From the IMG/VR virus record IMGVR_UViG_3300020187_000009, positions 84,785-148,784 of that record: a DNA stretch of 64,000 nt; one strand, written 5' to 3'. The first letter of the stretch is position 1. Every line of letters begins with the position of its first letter. A model generated the notes under the pieces. The model did not search any database, was not told the origin of the DNA, and saw nothing but the letters and a program-made list of their open reading frames with translations. The position numbers and the translations under genes were made by a program. Shown piece after piece: positions 50,274 to 61,408 of the stretch. Origin of the DNA: a virus.

Positions 50274-51938
50274 ATGCCTAAGGAATTTAACGGTGGTATT
50301 GGAATCGCAACAGGTTTCAACTTACAAGATCCACAACCAATAGACGATAGATTAGTAGTTGGACTACTGGCCGATTTAATAAGTAATGCTGCGTTACCAA
50401 ATCCTTACCCGGGTATGGTTGTTTCTGTAGCTTCAGAAGGTTACGATCTTTATAGATGGAACGGTACCGATAGAACACAATCATCAAACTGGATTCTAGT
50501 AGGAAGTAGCGAATCAGGAACTTCAGGAATAAACGGAACTTCAGGAACAGATGGAACAGATGGAGATACTGGAGCTAATGGTTTACCAGGAGAAAACGGA
50601 ACTTCAGGAATAAACGGAACTTCAGGAACAGATGGAGCTGATGGAGCTAATGGTTTACCAGGAAACAACGGAACTGATGGAGAAAACGGAACTTCAGGAA
50701 TAAACGGAACTTCAGGAACAGATGGAGCTGATGGAGCTAATGGTTTACCAGGAAACGACGGTGCTGCTGGAACTTCAGGAACAGACGGAAACGACGGTGC
50801 TGCTGGAAACGACGGTGCTGATGGAACTTCAGGAACAGACGGAAACGACGGCGCTGCTGGAAACGATGGTGCTGATGGAACAAGCGGAACAGACGGAAAC
50901 GATGGTGCTGCTGGAAACGACGGTGCTGATGGAACTTCAGGAACAGACGGAAACGATGGTGCTGCTGGAAACGACGGTGCTGATGGAACAAGCGGAACAG
51001 ACGGAAACGATGGTGCTGCTGGAAACGACGGTGCTGATGGAACTTCAGGAACAGACGGAAACGACGGTGCTGCTGGAAACGACGGTGCTGATGGAACAAG
51101 CGGAACAGACGGAAACGACGGTGCTGATGGAACAAGCGGAACAGACGGAAACGACGGTGCTGCTGGAAACGACGGTGCTGATGGAACTTCAGGAACAGAC
51201 GGAAACGACGGTGCTGCTGGAAACGACGGTGCTGATGGAACTTCAGGAACAGACGGTGCTGCTGGAAACGACGGTGCTGATGGAACTTCAGGAACAGACG
51301 GAAACGACGGTGCTGATGGAACTTCAGGAACAGACGGAAACGACGGTGCTGATGGAACAAGCGGAACAAGCGGAACTTCAGGTCCAGGAGTACCTTCGGG
51401 AGGAGCTACTGGAGAAACTCTTGTAAAAATAGACGGCACTGATTATAATACACAATGGGCTACTGCTGCTAGTGGATCCGGAGTTAATAGCTATTTACTT
51501 AGACTTGATTATGACACTAGTAATCACTTAGTAAATAATTTAACTCAGAATACTTTTATAGGAGCAACTGGTTACGAGACAACTGGAGCAAGTGTATCAA
51601 GTGTTAGTGTTAATACTGGAACTGCAGTATATACAGCAACTATATCATTTGCTAATGAATCAAATCCACCACAAAATATTTTAATATATGCATGGAACCC
51701 TGTTACATATACATATCAAGTGCATCCATATAGAGTAGACGCTGCTGACCTAAAAATAGACACAGTAGCTGGCGACTTTACGTCGTCCTCTAACCAATAC
51801 ACACCGGATATTTTTGGATCATTTGATGGAGTCACCACTACTATTGATGTGAGACAGGATTTTATTAAATATGGAAATGCAACTGGTTTAGGAGCTGGTA
51901 GAAGATTTGCACATGCATATGTTGTATTCACATTTTAA
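50274..51938 (+). CDS. Collagen-like fibre protein
   Basis: Long [18 protein letters not shown] repeats (~50515-51385); GGATGETLVK..DYNTQW. Confidence 0.8.
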   Translation: MPKEFNGGIGIATGFNLQDPQPIDDRLVVGLLADLISNAALPNPYPGMVVSVASEGYDLYRWNGTDRTQSSNWILVGSSESGTSGINGTSGTDGTDGDTGANGLPGENGTSGINGTSGTDGADGANGLPGNNGTDGENGTSGINGTSGTDGADGANGLPGNDGAAGTSGTDGNDGAAGNDGADGTSGTDGNDGAAGNDGADGTSGTDGNDGAAGNDGADGTSGTDGNDGAAGNDGADGTSGTDGNDGAAGNDGADGTSGTDGNDGAAGNDGADGTSGTDGNDGADGTSGTDGNDGAAGNDGADGTSGTDGNDGAAGNDGADGTSGTDGAAGNDGADGTSGTDGNDGADGTSGTDGNDGADGTSGTSGTSGPGVPSGGATGETLVKIDGTDYNTQWATAASGSGVNSYLLRLDYDTSNHLVNNLTQNTFIGATGYETTGASVSSVSVNTGTAVYTATISFANESNPPQNILIYAWNPVTYTYQVHPYRVDAADLKIDTVAGDFTSSSNQYTPDIFGSFDGVTTTIDVRQDFIKYGNATGLGAGRRFAHAYVVFTF

Positions 51939-51970
51939 TTAACGAAATATAAAACAAAATATAAAACAAA

Positions 51971-53893
51971 ATGGCGATATACGATCCAACAAACCCACCT
52001 CTTTTTTTATCAGGTACAATAAGTTCAGTTATTTCGGGCAATACATATCCATACATTGATGATACTGGCCTAAACGCTGCGGGAGCTAAAATAGAATATA
52101 CTATATCAGTATCTACAATAGGACAACAGAGTGTTGGTACTGCTGATGTACGAACAGGTAACCAAAAGAAATATACAGCAATCGATATTAAAACAGGAGA
52201 TTGGGTATCTAGTACTAACGGTCAAATTTGTTTACAGATAACAAGTGTTATTTCAAAGACCGATAGCTCAATAGAGTTTGTCGCAAAGGATGTTGATATG
52301 ATTACATATAAGACATATGCTAGTAGCACGTTTTCTAATGGTAGTCAAATTGCATTCTTTGAGGCTTCTGACAACGGACAGCCCTTAATAACTACTTCTG
52401 GAACAAGTACGTTCTTTCAACCTGGTGCAATTGATAGGATACAAGGTAGATTTGCCGCTGTTGAGGAAACTGAAAGATACAGATTTGAATTTGAAACAGA
52501 TCAGACTGTAATTGATAAAGGAGACACTATATCAATAAACGAGACTTCTGGAGACTTTGTTCAGTTTGGATCAGCAGGTGCATCAAATATACCGCTAGGT
52601 ATTGTACTTGAAAAAACAATGGGAGGCAGGGTAGTTTATATAAAACCCTTTAATACTATTATTGATAACCATTCAAACCCTGAACTTTTAACAGGTTCTG
52701 CTGGAGATGTATATTACACAGATCCTTCAAATCCTGGTAAAATGACAACAACTAGTTCCGTGGGATCTCAAGCTATATTGTTACATATAAAAGATGCAGT
52801 ACCTACTATAATAGAATCGACAGTCGCTGGTTATCTTCCGACATCAGGAGATTCACTAATAATAAATGATGTTGTTTCATACACTGGCGGAGTAGACCCT
52901 ACGCCAACAAGCACTCAGATCTTTGCAGATCTAATTAACCTAGGAACGGCATCACACTCAGTAGTAGCATCTAAGAATTCTATATTCGCTGCTACCACAA
53001 CAGGTGATGGAACTGGACCTACAAATGGAGTAGTTATTGTTACTATAACAGACGATAATGGCTCTAGTTATACTCCAGTAGACGTAACAATTGGCGACGG
53101 AACTACTAGTACTACTGTTACATTTGATGAAAATACAGGACAGCCTCTATTAGCTCTTTCTGCGCTTGGCGCTTCAAACTATGAGGCGTTTACTGCAACT
53201 GAAATTGCAACAATACTTAATAGTGAGTTTATAGCAAACAGTATTAATTTATTAGCATCTACTGTAGATTCTGGAAACATTGATTTCCCTAACTTAAAAA
53301 TATCAGCAACTAATCCTACCGCAACTATTAACGTAACAGGTACTGGAGCTGACGTACTTGGAGATACTTTCTTAACCGGTACTGGAGTTGCAACTTCTAC
53401 GTCAGCGTCGAGTTCTGACTTTTTAGTTTTAACCAGGTCAGATGGTGGAGATGTTTTAATAACTTCAAGTCAGGGATCTTACATTAATACTAACGGAATA
53501 ACTTCTTCGTCATCGGGTTCTCCTGCATCATTATTAATGCTTGAAGGAGCAGTATCTGCTAGTAGCGAAACTGGTGTTGGAAGTGCTAATGATCTAGATC
53601 AAGTTCCTTTAAATACTACACTAGACGGAGATGCATCTGGTGTATTCATTACATATACTCCATATCAAGATTCAAACGTACAGATTCATATTAATGGAAT
53701 TGGCTCAAATCTAGGAAACGGTATTAAAACAAAAGACTGCTGGTTTTCTGGAGACGGAGGAACAACAGCTAGACTTGTTGCTGACATCACATCTGGTGAT
53801 GAATTACATTGGAATGGTTCTATAGCAGGTTACCAACTAGAAACAACAGATGAGGTAGATGTGATATACGATGCATCTAGTGACGATGTATAA
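51971..53893 (+). CDS. Putative virion structural protein
   Basis: 640-aa S/T/G-rich ORF in the fibre operon. Confidence 0.6.
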   Translation: MAIYDPTNPPLFLSGTISSVISGNTYPYIDDTGLNAAGAKIEYTISVSTIGQQSVGTADVRTGNQKKYTAIDIKTGDWVSSTNGQICLQITSVISKTDSSIEFVAKDVDMITYKTYASSTFSNGSQIAFFEASDNGQPLITTSGTSTFFQPGAIDRIQGRFAAVEETERYRFEFETDQTVIDKGDTISINETSGDFVQFGSAGASNIPLGIVLEKTMGGRVVYIKPFNTIIDNHSNPELLTGSAGDVYYTDPSNPGKMTTTSSVGSQAILLHIKDAVPTIIESTVAGYLPTSGDSLIINDVVSYTGGVDPTPTSTQIFADLINLGTASHSVVASKNSIFAATTTGDGTGPTNGVVIVTITDDNGSSYTPVDVTIGDGTTSTTVTFDENTGQPLLALSALGASNYEAFTATEIATILNSEFIANSINLLASTVDSGNIDFPNLKISATNPTATINVTGTGADVLGDTFLTGTGVATSTSASSSDFLVLTRSDGGDVLITSSQGSYINTNGITSSSSGSPASLLMLEGAVSASSETGVGSANDLDQVPLNTTLDGDASGVFITYTPYQDSNVQIHINGIGSNLGNGIKTKDCWFSGDGGTTARLVADITSGDELHWNGSIAGYQLETTDEVDVIYDASSDDV

Positions 53894-53934
53894 GGTATAA
53901 TACTACTTTAATAATAATATATAGGTATATTTAT

Positions 53935-53964
53935 GAGCCCGGTGATTAATTTTCATCGGGCTTT
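53935..53964 (+). terminator. Hairpin/terminator
   Basis: GAGCCCGGTGA/TCATCGGGCTT inverted repeat. Confidence 0.55.
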
Positions 53965-54025
53965 GATATATAATATCAAGGTACAATAATGTAACCTTAG
54001 GCCTAAAAATAAACAAATATAAATT

Positions 54026-55108
54026 ATGGCACAAATTTTTCAAAAACAAGTATCCGGTTTAATATCGGCATTAGCAGCAAAAGACACTATCACTAGTGTT
54101 GATTCTAAAGATGCAAGTGTATTAGCAGCTGCAAACTCAGTTGGTACTAATCTTTCTGTAGATTCTAAAGATGCAAGTGTAATAGCGTTGGCTACTGCAG
54201 CTAACACTGCTCTTTCTGTAGATTCTAAAGATACAAGTGTATTAACAGCTGCAAACGGTTATACAGATGGTGAAATCACTGACGCTTCTATTGATTCTAA
54301 AGATGCAAGCGTAATAGCGTTGGCTACTGCAGCTAACACTGCTCAATCTGTAGATTCTAAAGATGCAAGTGTATTAACAGCTGCAAACGGTTATACAGAT
54401 GGTGAAATCACTGACGCTTCTATTGATTCTAAAGATGCAAGTGTATTAGCAGCTGCAAACTCAGTTGGTACTAATCTTTCTGTAGATTCTAAAGATGCAA
54501 GTGTATTAGTATCTGCAAACGGTTATACAGATGGTGAAATCACTGACGCTTCTATTGATTCTAAAGATGCAAGTGTATTAGCAGCTGCAAACGCAGTTGG
54601 TACTAATCTTTCTGTAGATTCTAAAGATGCAAGTGTATTAGTATCTGCAAACGGTTATACAGATGGTGAAATCACTGACGCTTCTATTGATTCTAAAGAT
54701 GCAAGCGTAATAGCGTTGGCTACTGCAGCTAACACTGCTCAATCTGTAGATTCTAAAGATGCAAGTGTATTAGCAGCTGCAAACTCAGTTGGTACTAATC
54801 TTTCTGTAGATTCTAAAGATGCAAGTGTATTAGTAGCTGCTGAAGCTTACGCCGATAATATAGAATCAGGACTTCACAATTACTTAGAAGAAGCAGGAAC
54901 TTATAATACAACTAACGTATTTGGTCTCGCTGGTAACTTCGATGTAGCTGGAGGAGATTTTGAAGTGTACATTAACGGAATGCGTATAGCAAAAAAGTAC
55001 TTTACGCTAACTCCAGGATCTGATGTATCGTTTAACAGCACAGGATCTAACTTAGGTTATGATGTTGAAGCAACTGATGAAGTATCAATACACGGACACA
55101 TTGCTTAA
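54026..55108 (+). CDS. Repeat-rich alpha-helical fibre protein
   Basis: 12 S(V/I)DSKD(A/T)SV repeats with ANGYTD motifs; C-terminal EVYINGMR domain. Confidence 0.7.
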   Translation: MAQIFQKQVSGLISALAAKDTITSVDSKDASVLAAANSVGTNLSVDSKDASVIALATAANTALSVDSKDTSVLTAANGYTDGEITDASIDSKDASVIALATAANTAQSVDSKDASVLTAANGYTDGEITDASIDSKDASVLAAANSVGTNLSVDSKDASVLVSANGYTDGEITDASIDSKDASVLAAANAVGTNLSVDSKDASVLVSANGYTDGEITDASIDSKDASVIALATAANTAQSVDSKDASVLAAANSVGTNLSVDSKDASVLVAAEAYADNIESGLHNYLEEAGTYNTTNVFGLAGNFDVAGGDFEVYINGMRIAKKYFTLTPGSDVSFNSTGSNLGYDVEATDEVSIHGHIA

Positions 55109-55139
55109 TTAAATATCATTTAATTTTAATGATTAAACT

Positions 55140-55167
55140 AGAGGAGCCTTATGGCTCCTCTTTTTTT
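55140..55167 (+). terminator. Intrinsic terminator
   Basis: AGAGGAGCC/GGCTCCTCT hairpin plus T run. Confidence 0.8.
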
Positions 55168-55198
55168 GATATATAGACTATAAACATAATAAGATACA

Positions 55199-56404
55199 AT
55201 GGTAGTAGGAGTAACTATAAAACTATATAAAGATATAAATATATTTGGCAACGGTCTAGGGCAAAATGCGCTAATGGTATATGACTTGCTTTCTAAAATA
55301 GACTTTATTGAAAAAGTACATCTCGTTCATTTCAATCATGAGATAACATATGATGACATGCAAGACCTTAATTTTTTACACGGGTACGATGTTGTAAAAT
55401 GGAAAGACGATGAATCTGAAAAAATAGATTTATTGATAACATTAGGAATGTTCCCTGATACTAATGAATTAAAAACATGGAAAGGCAAAGACTCAAACCG
55501 AAGAGTAGTTACATATAAGGGTGGAAACAACATGGTTTTATTAACCGAAGACATACTATTTCACAGAAAATGGATAAATAGAGAAGAAGAAGATGTAGGA
55601 AAGGGTGCTGTATTATATAGTGAAGATGTCGATGAAGTATGGATGGTACCTCAACAAGAGTTTCACAACAAAGACTTTTTTGAAATGACGTTTAACGCTC
55701 CTTCAAAATCTGTTCCATTTATATGGAACCCTAAATTTGTTGAACTTGAGTATTCTCTTAAAAAGTTAAAAATTCCAGAACTTGAAATAGAATTTGATAA
55801 AAAGAATTTTGATAAGTGGAGGGTTGCATCAATGGAACCAAACCAAAGTATTCTTAAAAATATGGTACCTATTCTATATTTTATGAATGAAGCGTATACT
55901 CAAAATCCAGAAGCATTTAAACAATTTAATATTACTAATGGTAACGGATTTTTAACAAATCCTCTTTTAACAGAAGTCGTAAATCAACTTCAAATCCAAA
56001 AGGATGGTAAACTAGGATTTGATCCTAGGTGGGCTGTTGAATCGCTACTCACTACATTTGCAGAGATGATAGTATCTCATCAGTGGGGAAATCCATTAAA
56101 CTATGCGTATTTGGATGTAGTATATTATGGATATCCTTTAGTACATAACGCTCATTTATGTCCAGACATTGGATATTACTACAAAGATTACAAATTAAAA
56201 GACGCTGCAAAACTAATATTAAAAGTAGTTGACGAAAGAAAACAGGATTTAGATTATATGCAACGCAATAGAGAAATTCTTAAAAGATATCAGGCAGAAC
56301 ATAACCAAGCGATGGTAGATCAATATGCAATGTTGATTAAAAGCCTTTGGGGAGGACCTAAAGTAGAAGGAGAATGGAATTGGAAGACAAACCTAATAGA
56401 GTAA
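55199..56404 (+). CDS. DUF2827-family (glycosyltransferase-like) protein
   Basis: NGLGQN, VPFIWNP, MEPN, SHQWGNPLNYAYLD..YYGYPLVHN. Confidence 0.7.
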   Translation: MVVGVTIKLYKDINIFGNGLGQNALMVYDLLSKIDFIEKVHLVHFNHEITYDDMQDLNFLHGYDVVKWKDDESEKIDLLITLGMFPDTNELKTWKGKDSNRRVVTYKGGNNMVLLTEDILFHRKWINREEEDVGKGAVLYSEDVDEVWMVPQQEFHNKDFFEMTFNAPSKSVPFIWNPKFVELEYSLKKLKIPELEIEFDKKNFDKWRVASMEPNQSILKNMVPILYFMNEAYTQNPEAFKQFNITNGNGFLTNPLLTEVVNQLQIQKDGKLGFDPRWAVESLLTTFAEMIVSHQWGNPLNYAYLDVVYYGYPLVHNAHLCPDIGYYYKDYKLKDAAKLILKVVDERKQDLDYMQRNREILKRYQAEHNQAMVDQYAMLIKSLWGGPKVEGEWNWKTNLIE

Positions 56405-56405
56405 T

Positions 56406-57767
56406 ATGTTCAATACGGAAAGTTGGAATTATGACGGCGTAGAATTTATAGAATTCTATGGCTTAAGAAAGAGCGGCAACATCGAAGTAATAGAATGGTT
56501 GATGTCAAACATGAGCGATTCTAATCTTCCTGTTGACGTATTAATAGCACCAAATCCAGAAACCGGATTTATGGTAAGTAGATGTGGAAACATTTATCAT
56601 TTAAACGATGTAGGATCTTTATGGGGAGTTGGACATCCCGAATATATTTCTGGATTAATTGATGCATATGTCTCAATGGGCGCTAAAAAGATAATTATAT
56701 CCTATAGAGACTATGACCACAATGTAAGTCTAACACATACTTTCCCCGAGAACAGCACGTTCCATAAATTAAAAGGATGTAGGCAGATTATATTACTTAG
56801 AGATATTGTTAATCTTTTGCCGATTAGATATGCTGCGCAATTAAACAGCAATGATCTTAAGTTATTTGACATAGATATTAACAAAATAAACTCTTGGATA
56901 GTTTCTGCAATTTCTGAAAATACAATTAAAATAAGACATGAGGACTTAAAGTCTTCTAGAGAATATCAAACTGAGATATGCGTCACATTAGGTATTAATA
57001 ACACTACAAAGTTTAACAGTCTAGAATCAATAGATGATATTAAAGTACCAAAACATTGGAGTGACTTGCTACATGAACTTCCAGTAATTAGAGCTAGAAG
57101 AAAGGCTGGATTTATTAAACCAAAAAAGACTGCTGAATTAATTAAAGCAATTGGAGATTCTCATACTTCAATATTTGATGCGTATACGGGTTCAGATTAT
57201 ATCTTTGAACAAACAAGAGTACATGGTGCAACTGCAAGAGGTGCAATTAATCCAAAAACAAAAACAGACTCTCTTAGAATTTTTAAGGAAGGTCTTTCAG
57301 GTACTATTGCGAATAGGGTAATCATAGGATTAGGAGAGGTAGATTGCGGATATATTATATGGTACAAAAATAAACACGATGGAATTTCTCTTGAGGATGG
57401 AATAAAACAGAGCATGGATGGATTATTTACTTTTGTTAAGCAAGAGGTAGAAAAGATCTATCAGCCATCTCAAATAATATTGATGGCTTCAATTCCTCCT
57501 ACGATTGAAGATAATACTGATCCTAGATTTTTAGAAGGTAGGAGATCTGATGTTAATCCAACACTTAAGCAAAGGGCGGATTTAACCAGAGATTGGAATA
57601 GATTACTAGAAAAAAGGTGTAAGGACGAAGGATATCGATGTATGAATATAAATAATTATATAATAGACTCGAATGATAGAGTAAAAAACACTTATCGAAA
57701 TAATAATCCATGGGATCATCACCTATTAGAGCACGCTGCGCTACCAATAATATTAGATATTTTATAA
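56406..57767 (+). CDS. Sulfotransferase-like + SGNH-like fusion
   Basis: GLRKSGN, LLRD; IGDSH, LGEVDC, DHH. Confidence 0.55.
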   Translation: MFNTESWNYDGVEFIEFYGLRKSGNIEVIEWLMSNMSDSNLPVDVLIAPNPETGFMVSRCGNIYHLNDVGSLWGVGHPEYISGLIDAYVSMGAKKIIISYRDYDHNVSLTHTFPENSTFHKLKGCRQIILLRDIVNLLPIRYAAQLNSNDLKLFDIDINKINSWIVSAISENTIKIRHEDLKSSREYQTEICVTLGINNTTKFNSLESIDDIKVPKHWSDLLHELPVIRARRKAGFIKPKKTAELIKAIGDSHTSIFDAYTGSDYIFEQTRVHGATARGAINPKTKTDSLRIFKEGLSGTIANRVIIGLGEVDCGYIIWYKNKHDGISLEDGIKQSMDGLFTFVKQEVEKIYQPSQIILMASIPPTIEDNTDPRFLEGRRSDVNPTLKQRADLTRDWNRLLEKRCKDEGYRCMNINNYIIDSNDRVKNTYRNNNPWDHHLLEHAALPIILDIL

Positions 57768-57768
57768 C

Positions 57769-58365
57769 ATGAACTACGGACATTTAGATACTTTAAAGAG
57801 AATTAATATTGAATCTCCAGGAAGCTTTAATTGGATTGAAATACATCCTGAAACACAAATAACTTCAAGCGATAGAGAATCTTCTAAAAGTATAGTTTGG
57901 GCGTCTGCTGATTTTGAAACAAAGTTAGTTATTAAAAGCTATTCTTCAATTGCAAACGGATGTAACTTTTTTCTAGGATCTAATCATGACTGGAAAAATA
58001 TAACAACTTATTTGTTTGTTGGTAAAAGAGATTCTTTAAAGAATCTAAAATCAAATGGAAATATTGTAGTAGGACATGACGTTTGGATAGGATATGGAGC
58101 AACTATTCTATCAGGAGTAACTATAGGCGACGGAGCAGTTGTTGCAGGCGGATCGGTCGTTACAAAAGACGTTGAACCTTATTCAATAGTTGGAGGAAAC
58201 CCAGCAAAACCAATATCTAAAAGATTTAGCGATGAAATTATAGATTTGTTAATTGAAGTCAAATGGTGGAATTGGCCAGCCGATTTAATAAATCAAAATA
58301 TGGAAGTTTTATCATCGACAATTGTCGATGAAATTAAAAAAATACATGATTCTCTAAAACAATAA
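57769..58365 (+). CDS. CatB/Vat-type hexapeptide O-acetyltransferase
   Basis: [39 protein letters not shown]. Confidence 0.85.
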   Translation: MNYGHLDTLKRINIESPGSFNWIEIHPETQITSSDRESSKSIVWASADFETKLVIKSYSSIANGCNFFLGSNHDWKNITTYLFVGKRDSLKNLKSNGNIVVGHDVWIGYGATILSGVTIGDGAVVAGGSVVTKDVEPYSIVGGNPAKPISKRFSDEIIDLLIEVKWWNWPADLINQNMEVLSSTIVDEIKKIHDSLKQ

Positions 58366-59562
58366 AGGGTATCCATATCTTATACAGTATTCGTTAATTA
58401 ATCTTCTAAAAGTATAAGGAACAAGCTCTATTTCTTCTTTAATTAATTTATCAATTGCTGGATGAATTCTAACGTTATGTTTTACTCCAATAAGACTATC
58501 ATCAAATGAAGCATTAATATTATTAGATTCTAAATATTCAAAAAGTTTATTAGATTGATCTTCAATTCTAAATACTAAATTTGGATTAATTTTTCTAATA
58601 AGGCCGTCCCATGCAAGTATTGAACTAATAGCGTTGAATAGCTTAGACTCTTTAGTTCGCATACCGGTAGATTTTATTCTAAACTCAAGAGATTTATCTT
58701 CAGTATATGCAATAGATGCTATACTTTCTTTAGGATCTCTAACACAATATATAATGTGATCCCAATTAAACTTAGAAATTTCTATAGACTGCCACGTTGA
58801 TTTTCCAGAAACAATACTCCAATCTACAGTTCCATGCTCTCCCATTGTTTCGTGTCCAACATCTAGCCCCCAGCTTTGTAATAATTTAGCAGTATATCCA
58901 GTTCCAGTTCTTGGATGGCCTACTCCTAATATTAACTTACTATTTTTAAGTTCTTCTGTTTGTTCCTCTACTAATTCTACGTCTTTATTAAGTTTTTCTA
59001 GCTTGGCTAACTTAATTAAGTTTATATAATTTTGTACTAATATTTCTTTAGCTTCTTTATCTGAATGTAAATATGCCCAATACGTAGAACTGCTAGCATT
59101 TGCAATCTTTTCTTCTAGTTTATTAGCCTCTTCACTGATAGTTTCAATCATCGATTCTGCCTCTTCTGGTAACTCAACATCTAGCTTAATGGCTATCATA
59201 ACCATCAACGCCCAATTCTTATCACCATGTGCACTAACTGCTCGCTCATATAAAGAAATACGCCTAATTCGCTCAAGTTCTGAGATGTCACCTATGAGTT
59301 TGTCAGGATGACATTTTATTACTACCTTGCGAAATAATTTTTTTAATACTTTATCACTTTCAGTATCTTTAGTACGTTCTTTTTCTTCTTTAGTAGGATT
59401 AACTAAATAGTCAGACTGCTTAATTTCAGGAGGCAAGTTATTGCCAACATCTGCTAAAAAATCAGACATTGCATTACTAAATGTTTCTTCTACATCTTCC
59501 CAATCTTCTAATAGGAATTCATATTTTCTAATTAGTCTTTTAAATGATTGTGAATTTTCCAA
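58354..59562 (-). CDS. J-domain-like (HPD) + sulfotransferase-like fusion
   Basis: LKKLFRK..IKCHPDK; [14 protein letters not shown]...IAS; TTG start. Confidence 0.65.
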   Translation of the reverse strand: MENSQSFKRLIRKYEFLLEDWEDVEETFSNAMSDFLADVGNNLPPEIKQSDYLVNPTKEEKERTKDTESDKVLKKLFRKVVIKCHPDKLIGDISELERIRRISLYERAVSAHGDKNWALMVMIAIKLDVELPEEAESMIETISEEANKLEEKIANASSSTYWAYLHSDKEAKEILVQNYINLIKLAKLEKLNKDVELVEEQTEELKNSKLILGVGHPRTGTGYTAKLLQSWGLDVGHETMGEHGTVDWSIVSGKSTWQSIEISKFNWDHIIYCVRDPKESIASIAYTEDKSLEFRIKSTGMRTKESKLFNAISSILAWDGLIRKINPNLVFRIEDQSNKLFEYLESNNINASFDDSLIGVKHNVRIHPAIDKLIKEEIELVPYTFRRLINEYCIRYGYPLLF

Positions 59563-59701
59563 AAAGTTAGTGTTTTTTTTACAAGATATATATTAAAATA
59601 AACCACGATACTAATAAATTATTGTAGTACATGAGAAAGAACCCTATTATTTCTATGATATATATTAAGTCATAAGATAAGCCTTAAATATAATATAAAC
59701 G

Positions 59702-61354
59702 ATGTCAAGAATTAAATCTAAACAAATTGATGAGTTAAAACTCGCCGGCGGTGCAGCAAATGGCGAATATCTAGCATGGAATTCTTCAGCTAGTAGCTAT
59801 GAGCCACTTCCTCAACCGATCGGAGCTCAAGGAGCTCAAGGAGCAACAGGAAATCCAGGTACCCCAGGTACCCCAGGTGCTATAGGAGCACAAGGTACCA
59901 CAGGAGCACAAGGATTACAAGGACTTACAGGTACCCCAGGTGCTATAGGAGCACAAGGTACCACAGGAGCTCAAGGAGCACAAGGACTTACAGGTGCCGT
60001 AGGAGCACAAGGAGCACAAGGTACCACAGGAGCTCAAGGAGCACAAGGATTACAAGGACTTACAGGTGCCGTAGGAGCACAAGGAGCACAAGGAGCTGTA
60101 GGAGCACAAGGAATCACTGGAACTAGAGGAGCAACTGGAGGATATACTATAGAGTATGACAATTCGACACTGAATGCGATTACTGAAGTTCCAGGTGATC
60201 TAGCATACACCAACCCTACTTTTATTATAAATGGTGGTACTCTATTTGTAAGTGGTACTGACCGACATGGTAATACAATACAAGCTGTTGGAGGAGCAAC
60301 AGTTCTTGATAATATACAAGAACTAGGATATGATGGATCGTTAGGACATCGAATATTAATATTTGAACAAGGAGATAGAAGTAAGGTTAATCATTATTCA
60401 TATGATTTTGTGCTTGGAGATGCCGGAATCTCAGGACAAAATACCTTTATTTATTTTGAAAGTTTACAATATGAAGGAGGTTCTGGAGAAACTACATTTA
60501 TAGATCCTTGTATATCATTTAATTTAGTTGGAGCTCAAGGAACAGATGGACCTACAGGTACTCCAGGTACTCCAGGAGCATCAGGTCTATCAGGAGCTCA
60601 AGGAGCTCAAGGAGCTCAAGGAGCAGCGGGACCAAGAGGTGCTCAAGGTAATATAGGCAATACTGGATCCACAGGAGCACAAGGTGCTGCTGGTACCGGA
60701 TTCAATACTGTATTAAACGCAGGTGACAATAGGATTTTAACTGCGTTATCACCATTTATTCCAGGATATCAAAACCAGGCGCAAGCAGAATCATCATTAC
60801 TGTTTGATGGGCCAGCAGGTACATTCAATGCAAATGATATCATGACCGCTGACTGGAAAATGCAGGAAGAGTTTCGGATATCTAATTCAAATAATTCAAT
60901 TGAAGCTTGGATTTTTCAAACAGCAGCGCAAAATTACCCCAATCCTAACAACGGCGGCCAGCTACAAGGTTGTCTTATGATAGAACCATCATTAATGGTT
61001 GAGGATGTCTTAATGCAAGAACCTGTACCAATGGTATATGATCTTGCAGCACCATATGGCATTGGATATCAAGTTTCTTCTCTTCGATTTAAAGAAAATG
61101 TTAAAACGTTAGACGTAGACACTGATCTTTTATTTAAAGAGGTACGAGGTGTTTCGTATACTGGAAAGGGCGCGAAAAAGGTTCAAATTGGTTTTATTGC
61201 TGAAGAAGTTGAAAAATATGATCCTAATAATGTAATACATGACGAAGAAGGAGAACCATTTTCTTTAGATTATGGTAGAATGGTTCCGATATTGTTTGAA
61301 GTAATTAGAGATTTAAGAACTAGAATAGAATTATTAGAACAAAAAATAAAATAA
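59702..61354 (+). CDS. Collagen tail fibre with C-terminal peptidase S74 intramolecular chaperone
   Basis: GAQ repeats; SSLRFKENV, GFIAEEV, LDYGRMVPIL, coiled-coil end. Confidence 0.85.
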   Translation: MSRIKSKQIDELKLAGGAANGEYLAWNSSASSYEPLPQPIGAQGAQGATGNPGTPGTPGAIGAQGTTGAQGLQGLTGTPGAIGAQGTTGAQGAQGLTGAVGAQGAQGTTGAQGAQGLQGLTGAVGAQGAQGAVGAQGITGTRGATGGYTIEYDNSTLNAITEVPGDLAYTNPTFIINGGTLFVSGTDRHGNTIQAVGGATVLDNIQELGYDGSLGHRILIFEQGDRSKVNHYSYDFVLGDAGISGQNTFIYFESLQYEGGSGETTFIDPCISFNLVGAQGTDGPTGTPGTPGASGLSGAQGAQGAQGAAGPRGAQGNIGNTGSTGAQGAAGTGFNTVLNAGDNRILTALSPFIPGYQNQAQAESSLLFDGPAGTFNANDIMTADWKMQEEFRISNSNNSIEAWIFQTAAQNYPNPNNGGQLQGCLMIEPSLMVEDVLMQEPVPMVYDLAAPYGIGYQVSSLRFKENVKTLDVDTDLLFKEVRGVSYTGKGAKKVQIGFIAEEVEKYDPNNVIHDEEGEPFSLDYGRMVPILFEVIRDLRTRIELLEQKIK

Positions 61355-61408
61355 TATGGCTAGAGTATATTTAAAAAAACATTTAAAATTTAAAAAAATA
61401 ACATTAAT

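Noticed and set aside
50450-51439. Alternative-frame and antisense ORFs over collagen repeats (also 15463-16182 and 61892-63895)
   Set aside because: These are shadow ORFs produced by low-complexity repeats.
57769-58365. Antibiotic-resistance acetyltransferase
   Set aside because: The hexapeptide fold is shared with sugar O-acetyltransferases and the context is glycan tailoring.
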